DNA of 28,306 nucleotides, from positions 1 through 28,306 of IMG/VR virus record IMGVR_UViG_3300022178_000338; one strand, 5' to 3'. Made by a program: the position numbers and the translations under genes. Source of the DNA: a virus (Duplodnaviria > Caudoviricetes). The notes beneath the pieces are model-generated. The model did not search any database and was not told the origin of the DNA. It worked only from the letters and a program-made list of their open reading frames with translations. Within the stretch, counting starts at the first letter, position 1. Each line of letters begins with the position of its first letter. Below, piece after piece: positions 15,626 to 22,691 of the stretch.

Positions 15626-15976
15626 CTAAACCATTCTACCTTTGGTCCTACCGCGTATAGCTATACCATCACGTTTACACTTTGATGTAACCTTACCACC
15701 AGCTTTCATATAACCCATTTTGTTACGAACTTTTGTAGGTAACTTTTTTAATCCGGGATTAGCAGGTGATTTTAGTGCTCCACCAGCTTTCATATTCCTT
15801 ATTTCCTTTACTTTCTTCGGTTCATATTTTTCTACTTTTTTGCGGCGTTCTGCCTTTTTTTCTTTTGCATCTTTTACTGCTTCACGTGCCATATCATCTG
15901 GGTACATTTCTTTAAGTTCTTTTGGAGTCGGTTCTCTAAACGTAAATGTAGGTTTATTTGATTTTTTCTTTGGCAT
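15626..15976 (-). CDS. Lys-rich small protein with 2x MKAGG (116 aa; start revised to MPKKK)
   Basis: AAGGAG at 15989-15984 upstream of the ATG at 15976; the track start overlaps the adaptor gene. Ends KRDGIAIRGRTKGRMV. Confidence 0.8.
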   Translation of the reverse strand: MPKKKSNKPTFTFREPTPKELKEMYPDDMAREAVKDAKEKKAERRKKVEKYEPKKVKEIRNMKAGGALKSPANPGLKKLPTKVRNKMGYMKAGGKVTSKCKRDGIAIRGRTKGRMV

Positions 15977-15987
15977 TTTAATTCTCC

Positions 15988-16668
15988 TTATACGTATGAT
16001 TGTCTGGGTGCTAAAGATAATGTAGCTTTTTCTCTGTCTTCTGTAGAAGCAAGTAGCCACTGCTCTTCGTATTCTTGTTTTAAAAATTGTATCTTAGGTC
16101 CTGCTTCTGGAATCTTTAGTGATAGATAATAAGCAAGTCCAGCAACCATACAAGGTAAAAACCTAAAGGGTATATGCTGGGTATTAACGCCCGTGCCTGC
16201 ATCGTCAATTCTTTTTAAAAACCAATAAACAAAAGTATAACTTCCGTCATTTGGGATAGGCCATAAAGTTATTTTAGGAACCGCTGCCTGTCTATCTATA
16301 TAAACTTGTATGGGTCTGCCCGTGTCATTTTTACTAGGTATAGAAGCATAGGTAGGATTAGATATTCTAGATATAGTTATATCTGCTTGTGTTGTTCCCG
16401 TCCCTGTTCTAATAACCTGACTGATAAGATCAATAGTAGTTGTAGGTAGATCATATGTTGCAGTGTCTTGAACAAGAGGAATAGTAGCTTGTTCTACAGT
16501 CCAAAGATTAATACCCCGGTTAGCCCATTCAATAGTAAGTAAATTCAAACTGCGAGTAGCCGTTCTTAAATCATAGCCCGTTCTAAGTTCTGCACCGCAA
16601 CGCTCAAACGCTTCTTCTACTAGCAAGTTAAGATCAAGATTAAAGTTGTGCGTATTTGTCGTTGTCAT
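15988..16668 (-). CDS. Head-tail adaptor / tail tubular protein A-like (P22 gp4 / T7 gp11 analogue)
   Basis: 226 aa; LVEEAFERCG...RSLNLLTIEWANRGINLW...GRPIQVYIDR...WPIP...PFRFLPCMVAGLAYYLS. Confidence 0.7.
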   Translation of the reverse strand: MTTTNTHNFNLDLNLLVEEAFERCGAELRTGYDLRTATRSLNLLTIEWANRGINLWTVEQATIPLVQDTATYDLPTTTIDLISQVIRTGTGTTQADITISRISNPTYASIPSKNDTGRPIQVYIDRQAAVPKITLWPIPNDGSYTFVYWFLKRIDDAGTGVNTQHIPFRFLPCMVAGLAYYLSLKIPEAGPKIQFLKQEYEEQWLLASTEDREKATLSLAPRQSYV

Positions 16669-16949
16669 TATTTCTTACCTTTTCTTTTAAGTGCCGCTAC
16701 TCTACGAGGTTTACCCGCTGGTTGCCCAAGTCTTTTCTTTTGAGCTATACGCGATCTCTTTTGTGCAGGTGTCATCTCCCCAGATGTTTTTGGAGTTTTA
16801 GCCGAAACACGTTTAGAAGGTCTGCAGTAAGGCGTACCACGAGTCTCACCTTTTTTTCTACCACAAGCTTTACCTGTTCTTACGTCTTTCCAATCTTCTT
16901 TAAACCAGCGTTTTAAAGATGCGCCTTTTTTGGTTTTACGAACAGCCAT
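16668..16949 (-). CDS. Small basic protein (LKRWFKEDW...YCRPSKRVS; DUF5872-like from recall)
   Basis: 93 aa, very K/R-rich, TAATG-coupled at both ends. Confidence 0.75.
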   Translation of the reverse strand: MAVRKTKKGASLKRWFKEDWKDVRTGKACGRKKGETRGTPYCRPSKRVSAKTPKTSGEMTPAQKRSRIAQKKRLGQPAGKPRRVAALKRKGKK

Positions 16950-17356
16950 TATTTACCTGCTTTCTTTTTCCTGCATTTAGCAATAGCCCCAGAAGCATAA
17001 GCGCTAGGAAAGACTCTATAACTAGCCTTTACCTTTTTATAGCAAGCATCTTTTACACTCCCGCCCTTTTTTAGCTTAACAGATTCAAGAGTCTTAGCTT
17101 GTTTGGCGTGTGACTTAGAAGCTTTCTTTAAACCCTTTATGACCTTGTTAACTTTAGCGACTGCGCCGCCAGCTTTCATTTTAGTAGGTTTAGTGTGTCC
17201 ATAGCCTTTTTTCTTTAGCTCTAGATGTTTAGCCATAGTCGGAGCTTTAACTGCTTTGCCCGTCTTCTTATCATACATCATATGAGACTTAAAAACCTTA
17301 CCACCGGCTTTCATCTTTTTAGGGTTTATAATTCCCATTCCACGAGAGGCTCTCAT
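16949..17356 (-). CDS. Lys-rich protein with 2x MKAGG and LKKGG and a C-terminal CYKKVK...PSAYASG module (135 aa; start revised to MRASRGMG)
   Basis: ATG at 17356 lies 1 nt after the previous TGA; the track start overlaps the upstream gene. Confidence 0.8.
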   Translation of the reverse strand: MRASRGMGIINPKKMKAGGKVFKSHMMYDKKTGKAVKAPTMAKHLELKKKGYGHTKPTKMKAGGAVAKVNKVIKGLKKASKSHAKQAKTLESVKLKKGGSVKDACYKKVKASYRVFPSAYASGAIAKCRKKKAGK

Positions 17357-17357
17357 A

Positions 17358-17864
17358 TCACACCATTTTACCGCGAGTACGCCCACGTTTAGCTATACCA
17401 TCTGCGCGTTTAGATGCAGAAGAGGCTTTACTGTTTTTCTTAATATTTTTAACAACGCGCTTCTTTTCATCTTTTAGATTGCGTTTACCTTTTTTAGTAT
17501 AAGCTTTTTCAGCGTCTACTCGACCTAATTCTTCGAGTTCATTTTTTACGCTTCCGCCTTTTTTCATGCCGCCCATTGCAGCTTGTCTACGCCGCGCGTC
17601 CATAGCCATAGCCATTCTTGGGTCCATAGCGCGAGTACCGGCTCTATCAGCCATAGCCATACCGCCACCCATCATTTTCTTGACTTTGCCGCCTTTCATC
17701 ATTTTCTTGACTTTACCACCCATCATCATTTTCTTATTATACATCTTGCTCTCCTTAGAATATTCTTTACCCACAGACTGTGGAATGTTTACCTTTTTAG
17801 CAAACTTAGGGTTATTAGCCACCGCCTGCATTAGTTTAAGTTGCTTGGCGCTTTTAGCTGGCAT
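17358..17864 (-). CDS. Lys/Met-rich protein with tandem KKMMxGG repeats
   Basis: 168 aa; MPAKSAKQ...NPKFAKKV N-terminus, four motif copies, C-terminal RADGIAKRGRTRGKMV. Confidence 0.8.
   Translation of the reverse strand: MPAKSAKQLKLMQAVANNPKFAKKVNIPQSVGKEYSKESKMYNKKMMMGGKVKKMMKGGKVKKMMGGGMAMADRAGTRAMDPRMAMAMDARRRQAAMGGMKKGGSVKNELEELGRVDAEKAYTKKGKRNLKDEKKRVVKNIKKNSKASSASKRADGIAKRGRTRGKMV
17661..17735. repeat. 27-nt tandem repeat (about 3 copies) encoding KKMMxGG(KV)
   Basis: catcattttctt recurs at 17670, 17697 and 17724. Confidence 0.9.
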
Positions 17865-18085
17865 TACTTACCAGCCCACCAATATATAACCGTTGTAATT
17901 GCACTACCGATAGCACCGCAAAACCACATAGCCATTCTTCTACCACCCTTTATTTCAGATAACATAGTTTCAATATTATCAACAGCAATTTTTAGGTGGC
18001 GGATATCTTCTTTCACTTCGTCCATATCTTTTTGCATATGGTCAATAGCTACTGAATGTTCTCCTAGTTCACGTTCGGTACTCAT
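17864..18085 (-). CDS. Coiled-coil plus C-terminal TM protein (XhlA-like / holin-like), 73 aa, start revised to MSTERE
   Basis: Heptad region followed by KGGRRMAMWFCGAIGSAITTVIYWW; TAATG coupling at 18085. Confidence 0.65.
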   Translation of the reverse strand: MSTERELGEHSVAIDHMQKDMDEVKEDIRHLKIAVDNIETMLSEIKGGRRMAMWFCGAIGSAITTVIYWWAGK

Positions 18086-18384
18086 TAGCATTTCCACCTT
18101 TTTAATGATGCTGCTTTTCTAGTAGGACGACCTTTAGAATCTTTCATAGGGCCTTTCATACCAGACATTCGTGCACAAAAAGATTTACGGCGAGCCGCAT
18201 CCTTTTTCGTTTTGGGATTGGGTGCAGGAGCCTTGAGATTAGCTCCAGTTTTTCGATTATATTTGGCGCGACCTTTCGCAGTAAGACCCGCTCCTTTAGA
18301 AACGGGGAGCTTTTCGCCCCTTCCTACTGCTAAAGATACGCCTTTTTTTCTAGCTTTAGGTTTAGCTTTCTTTGCCGTTGCCAT
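18085..18384 (-). CDS. Small basic protein (GLTAKGR...RRKSFCARMSG...SLKRWKC; DUF6321-like from recall)
   Basis: 99 aa, K/R/A-rich. Confidence 0.75.
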   Translation of the reverse strand: MATAKKAKPKARKKGVSLAVGRGEKLPVSKGAGLTAKGRAKYNRKTGANLKAPAPNPKTKKDAARRKSFCARMSGMKGPMKDSKGRPTRKAASLKRWKC

Positions 18385-18387
18385 ACA

Positions 18388-18984
18388 TTACCCACAAAAT
18401 AGTGTGTAGTCAGTTATGTTAGTTGGTATTACTTCTGCGTAGTCATTAACCTGTCTAGCAGTTAAAATTCCTTGACCCGGTAGTTGTAGCTGTTCAACAA
18501 GTGTAGCGCCCGCAGGTGTAGAAATATTAAATATTGTATTTACCACAGAATCTACACTATTTATTCGCACAACAAGGCTTCCAGCTGCAGCGCTGCACAA
18601 TACATAAAAACCTTTTATGCGTGCTCTGGGTAAGAATAAATTTCCTGTTGTACCAACAGATACATCATTTGTGGATGCGCCACTTGCAACAATACTAGTA
18701 ATAGATGCAAAAGGAATTGTACCTGATACTGTAGTAGCGTTAGGTCCTGTAATAACCTCGCTAACATCACCGCTAGATATACTACCTACTCTACGCCCTG
18801 TTACAGTAAAAGTAATACCACGATCATCTCCATCTGAGGTAATATTTACTAAATAACCTGCCCCGTTTAACGCGGGGCTATCGGTTAACAACGTAAGAGT
18901 AAGAGCATCAGCTGCAATAGTTGCGGCAGCACGATAAGTAGTGTTACTTACCGTAGGGTTAATTGCCCAAATATCTCCGTCCAT
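18388..18984 (-). CDS. Beta-rich virion structural protein (head-associated, putative)
   Basis: 198 aa, Thr/Ser/Gly-rich; AGGA RBS; second gene after the capsid gene. Confidence 0.65.
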   Translation of the reverse strand: MDGDIWAINPTVSNTTYRAAATIAADALTLTLLTDSPALNGAGYLVNITSDGDDRGITFTVTGRRVGSISSGDVSEVITGPNATTVSGTIPFASITSIVASGASTNDVSVGTTGNLFLPRARIKGFYVLCSAAAGSLVVRINSVDSVVNTIFNISTPAGATLVEQLQLPGQGILTARQVNDYAEVIPTNITDYTLFCG

Positions 18985-19010
18985 AATAATTTCCTAGTCT
19001 ATTAAACTCT

Positions 19011-19469
19011 TTATGCTGTACGTGTAAGTGTGTAACCTGTAGCTGAACCAGGAGTTACTCCATCACCGCCAGTAAACATCAAAGTAAATTGAGCCATACC
19101 AGTAGCACCGTTGGCGACAACTAATCTACCAAAAGCAACTGCAGAAGCAGTGATAGTAGCGGCATCAGATAGTGATCCCCCAGTACCTAAAGCAATTGTT
19201 ACGTTGTTAGCCCCGCCTGTGTTATCTACTATAAAAGAAAATTGTTGGCCTCTCACTGCAAGCATTTGCTGAGAGATTCCTGTAACGCCGCCTGCTGTAG
19301 TAGTAATAGGAAGAGTAATAGTTGTTGCAGCTGCTGATGTGGATGTAATATATCCTACTTGAAGATTCTGTGCTGTAATAGTTGCTGTAGCATTGATTGC
19401 TACTGAAGGACCTGTTGGTACGAATCCGTTAGTTGAGGCAACGGGACCTGAAAAGGTTGATCTTGACAT
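19011..19469 (-). CDS. Putative head fibre/cement protein (152 aa; start revised to MSRSTFSGPV)
   Basis: GGAG RBS at 19481-19478 upstream of the ATG at 19469; Thr/Ala/Gly-rich; first gene after the capsid gene. Confidence 0.7.
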   Translation of the reverse strand: MSRSTFSGPVASTNGFVPTGPSVAINATATITAQNLQVGYITSTSAAATTITLPITTTAGGVTGISQQMLAVRGQQFSFIVDNTGGANNVTIALGTGGSLSDAATITASAVAFGRLVVANGATGMAQFTLMFTGGDGVTPGSATGYTLTRTA

Positions 19470-19477
19470 TTGAATTT

Positions 19478-19553
19478 CTCCATACAAAGTGAAGCTTATT
19501 AGTCGTGTATGCGTCTGCCGGGACAGTCTAATAAGCCGGATTTTTCCCGGAAT
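19478..19553 (-). ncRNA. Structured cis-RNA leader with interlocked helices; candidate Mu-gpT-DE-like RNA motif
   Basis: Three crossing complementary pairs: CCGGGA/TCCCGG, GCTTATTAG/CTAATAAGC and CATACA/TGTATG. It lies downstream of a gpT-like capsid gene. The family name is from recall and unverified. Confidence 0.65.
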
Positions 19554-19559
19554 ACTAGG

Positions 19560-19588
19560 ATACTACACTTATTAAAATGATTATACAA
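19560..19588 (-). promoter_or_regulatory. sigma70-like promoter immediately after the capsid terminator
   Basis: Minus strand TTGTAT (19588-19583), 17 nt, TAGTAT (19565-19560). Confidence 0.6.
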
Positions 19589-19591
19589 CAG

Positions 19592-19630
19592 AAAAAGAAA
19601 AACCCTGGTGGAGGATGACACCAGGGTTTT
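19592..19630 (-). terminator. Rho-independent terminator after the major capsid gene
   Basis: Perfect 12-bp inverted repeat AAAACCCTGGTG / CACCAGGGTTTT with an 8-nt loop, followed on the minus strand by TCTTTTT; starts 18 nt after the capsid stop. Confidence 0.9.
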
Positions 19631-19648
19631 CCGCCGAGCCAGTGCTAC

Positions 19649-20560
19649 TTATGCAGCACCTTGAGAACCCCACATACCTAGTGGGTCAGACCAACCAAAC
19701 GAGTAACGCTCACGAGCTTTGTAACGTACATTGCCTGTGTCGAAGTCGCCGTCCATAGAAGTAGTAAGCGGAGTTCTTTCGAAATGCTTCATACCGTTAG
19801 GAACATCAGTTGTAAGGAAGTACGCATCACCATCAGTTAAGAAGTGGTTTACAGTATATCCTTCTGGAATTGCACCGTTAGTACGTAGTGCGTTGATATC
19901 GTTATCAGCAGTAGCTACACGTAGCTCTGTATCTAATAGACGAGTCGCAACGAACTGCAACGAAGGTGGAATTACTAGTTTACGAGGTTTCGCTGCTATT
20001 AACAGTCCACGCTCATCAGTCCAAGCTGCAATTTGAATTACAGCATTTTCCAACGCTGTTTCGTTCAAGTCTGTAGCGACTGCTTGAGTGTTGCTGTTTA
20101 CGCCACCAGAAACTAATGGGTGGTTAGCATTGAACAATGACACATTATCTCCACCAGGGAAAGCTGCGTTGAAGCCATTGTTTAAAACGTTGGCTGCGCG
20201 AACTTGCTTAGTGTTTGCCATTGAGCGAGCAAGAGCTTTAGTGTAACGAGCTGAAAGAGAATCATATAGATTATCTTCAACTGCTTCTTCAGTAAGACTG
20301 AAGCCTAGAGCAATTGTCACGTGGTTATAACGAGCTGTGAATGCTTCTTGTGCATTATCGTATGCAATTGCTGCGCCTTCACCTTTAACAGGTGCTGCCG
20401 CGAAGCCAGCTAGTTTAGTTTCTTCTTCAAAGCTTCTGTCCGAAGATTCTGCTTCGTAGATTTCTTTGTGTTCTTCACCATAACGCGCATATTCTAAACC
20501 GAATAAAGCATTAAGGCCTGGGAGTAACTCTTTTAAGAGTTGAGCTCTTGAAATTGCCAT
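19649..20560 (-). CDS. Major capsid protein (HK97 fold; family often labelled Mu gpT-like)
   Basis: 303 aa; MAISRAQLLKELLPGLNALFG...KLVIPPSL...DGDFDTGNVRYKARERYSFGWSDP; AAGGAG RBS; codon choice suggests high expression; terminator downstream. Confidence 0.9.
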   Translation of the reverse strand: MAISRAQLLKELLPGLNALFGLEYARYGEEHKEIYEAESSDRSFEEETKLAGFAAAPVKGEGAAIAYDNAQEAFTARYNHVTIALGFSLTEEAVEDNLYDSLSARYTKALARSMANTKQVRAANVLNNGFNAAFPGGDNVSLFNANHPLVSGGVNSNTQAVATDLNETALENAVIQIAAWTDERGLLIAAKPRKLVIPPSLQFVATRLLDTELRVATADNDINALRTNGAIPEGYTVNHFLTDGDAYFLTTDVPNGMKHFERTPLTTSMDGDFDTGNVRYKARERYSFGWSDPLGMWGSQGAA

Positions 20561-20572
20561 GATTTATTCTCC

Positions 20573-21190
20573 TTAGATACCTGTTGAGTTATTGTAAGAG
20601 TGAACACCAGCATTAAACTTAACAAGTAAGTCAGTGAAGTCGTCACCTACAGCCGATGTTGGGCTGTCTACAAAATCAACAATACGGAAAGCAAAAGCTG
20701 CCGTAGTATTTGTTGTAGCTGTTACTGCACTAGTAGAATTACCTGTAGTGGTACTTCCTGTGCCAGTAGCTTGTACCGCTGCTAGATGAGTATTCTGACC
20801 TAAGTCAACTGCTGTTACTGCTGCGTCTGCTTGTGCCATAAAGACTACATCAGGATCATCAACAATGTATGCTTGAGCGTCTGATGCAACAGTACCTGAT
20901 GGCCAATATTGACTAAAGGTTAAGTTGCCTGTAACTGGGTCTGAGTAGGTACAACCCACAAATACACCAATTGTACCAGCGGGGAACGCTGCTGCTGCTC
21001 CACCACCGCCATTACCTGTAGTTACAACAATCTCAACTGTACCAGCGGCTACAATAGAAACTATTGAACCGTTGAAAATGTTGGTTGCATATCCACTAGC
21101 AATGGGTAGTAAGCGAGTAGAACCCGCATAAGGCGTACCACCAATGTGGTTTACGGCTTTAAGTCCGTAAGGACTAGCTGTAGATGCCAT
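20573..21190 (-). CDS. Capsid decoration/stabilising protein (putative)
   Basis: 205 aa, Ala/Thr/Gly-rich, GVFVGCTYSDP...AYIVDDPD; directly upstream of the capsid gene with a GGAG RBS. Confidence 0.65.
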   Translation of the reverse strand: MASTASPYGLKAVNHIGGTPYAGSTRLLPIASGYATNIFNGSIVSIVAAGTVEIVVTTGNGGGGAAAAFPAGTIGVFVGCTYSDPVTGNLTFSQYWPSGTVASDAQAYIVDDPDVVFMAQADAAVTAVDLGQNTHLAAVQATGTGSTTTGNSTSAVTATTNTTAAFAFRIVDFVDSPTSAVGDDFTDLLVKFNAGVHSYNNSTGI

Positions 21191-21217
21191 TTTCTTTCTC
21201 CATTAAAAGGTTTATTT

Positions 21218-21661
21218 TTAACCCCTTCCAAACTTTTCAGAACCTTCAGCAAACTTAGGCATTCTTGGATCGTTTTGATTCAGGTATGCTGCATCGACTG
21301 CTTCCGTCTGACTTTTAGTTTTATTATCAATATAAGCCTGACGTTGTTCCATTAGCTCTTTAGGAGCTTTACATAGTAATAAACCACCAATTTCAATATT
21401 GTTTTTATATTGTCCTTGGGGTTGAGTACCGGTTATAAGTTCTGGGTGCTCTGAATGTAGTACAGGTTCCCAGCCCTCACGCATTTTCGAAGATACGTTC
21501 ATGTTATCCGGTTCATTTAATAGAGAGACTCTAACCCAACGATATACCCACCCTGGCTTCTGAGTAAACTCAGGTAATAATGCCGCAGGTTTCCATACGC
21601 GTTCTTTTTTAGGGTCTTCTCTTACTTCAACTTCCCGATCAGTTCTTTTAACTTTATCCAT
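21218..21661 (-). CDS. Conserved head-module protein of unknown function
   Basis: 147 aa; PGWVYRWVR...KMREGWEPV...IEIGGLLLCKAPKE; GGAG RBS. Confidence 0.75.
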   Translation of the reverse strand: MDKVKRTDREVEVREDPKKERVWKPAALLPEFTQKPGWVYRWVRVSLLNEPDNMNVSSKMREGWEPVLHSEHPELITGTQPQGQYKNNIEIGGLLLCKAPKELMEQRQAYIDNKTKSQTEAVDAAYLNQNDPRMPKFAEGSEKFGRG

Positions 21662-22691
21662 TTGCGTTCTCCGTTTTTATCATTTCTCGTGCATATTGTT
21701 CCGGTGTCAACCTAAACTTTTTAGCCAAAGCTAATTGAGTCTTGGTTAGTCGTACTTTTTTAGGCGCGGTACTGCGCGTAGCCGGTGCAACAACATTCGA
21801 AGGTTTGCGTTGGGCAGGTTTAACCTCTTCCAACGAATTATCCCCAAAGTTCTCAGGGAATCGCTTTTGCATAGTATCATTGATACTACGGTAATATTCA
21901 TCAGAAGTGGGGTTTATACCGCTTTTGACAAGTTTTTCATGTACACCCAACGCCAACGCAGTCATCTCATCGTCTTTACCAAACCAAGGATTTGCATCTT
22001 GCCAAGCTTTTGCTTTAGCGTCTGGAGCTTGAGCATTTGGTTGTGGGGTATTTTGTTGAAAATCTACACTATTCTCAGGCTGTTGTACAGCTTTAAATTG
22101 TGGTTTTCTATCAACACTAGCAGATAATTTATATTGTGCCTCAGTCATTCTAGATTGAGCCTCAATAACCTTATCCGTATCTCCAACATCATAAGCCTCG
22201 CGATAGTCTCGTTTAGCTAGTGCCAGATCTTTTTCATGTGCTTCTCTAATTGCTTTTAAATAGTCTTCTTCACCACTACTGAGAGTAGTTTTCAAACCTT
22301 TATTTTCTTCTGCTACCTGACGCGCAAAACGAATAGCTTCTTCTCTTTCTCTATCAGCTTGTTCTTTAGCACGCCTTTCATCGTGATAAACTTTTTTAAG
22401 CTGCGCCATACGTTGTTTAACGCGATCAGAATAATCTTCTAAATTATCATTCTCTAGTTCGTCAACAATCTTTTGCGGTAAAGGTTCCTTCCCTTGATCT
22501 TCAAGAGGTGTATCATCTTCTTCCTCTATTTCAATTTCAGGTTCAGCTGCACGTGGTTTCTCTTGTACAACTCGCTCGACATCTGCGGTAGATTTTTCGG
22601 GTTTAGAAGCTTTGCTTTCTTCTGTACTAACTTCTACTTCTTCGCCCTCCATCTCTAATTCTTCCGGTATTTCATTTACTATCTTTGTCAT
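21654..22691 (-). CDS. Capsid scaffolding protein (start probably MTKIV)
   Basis: Acidic disordered N-terminus, long coiled coil, AKAWQDANPWFG, and C-terminal LTKTQLALAKKFRLTPEQYA helix-turn-helix; GGAG RBS before the ATG at 22691. Confidence 0.8.
   Translation of the reverse strand: MTKIVNEIPEELEMEGEEVEVSTEESKASKPEKSTADVERVVQEKPRAAEPEIEIEEEDDTPLEDQGKEPLPQKIVDELENDNLEDYSDRVKQRMAQLKKVYHDERRAKEQADREREEAIRFARQVAEENKGLKTTLSSGEEDYLKAIREAHEKDLALAKRDYREAYDVGDTDKVIEAQSRMTEAQYKLSASVDRKPQFKAVQQPENSVDFQQNTPQPNAQAPDAKAKAWQDANPWFGKDDEMTALALGVHEKLVKSGINPTSDEYYRSINDTMQKRFPENFGDNSLEEVKPAQRKPSNVVAPATRSTAPKKVRLTKTQLALAKKFRLTPEQYAREMIKTENANG

Noticed and set aside
19631-19660. Programmed frameshift or readthrough extension of the capsid protein (T7 10B-like)
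   Set aside because: No evident slippery sequence before the TAA, and a strong terminator follows within 20 nt.
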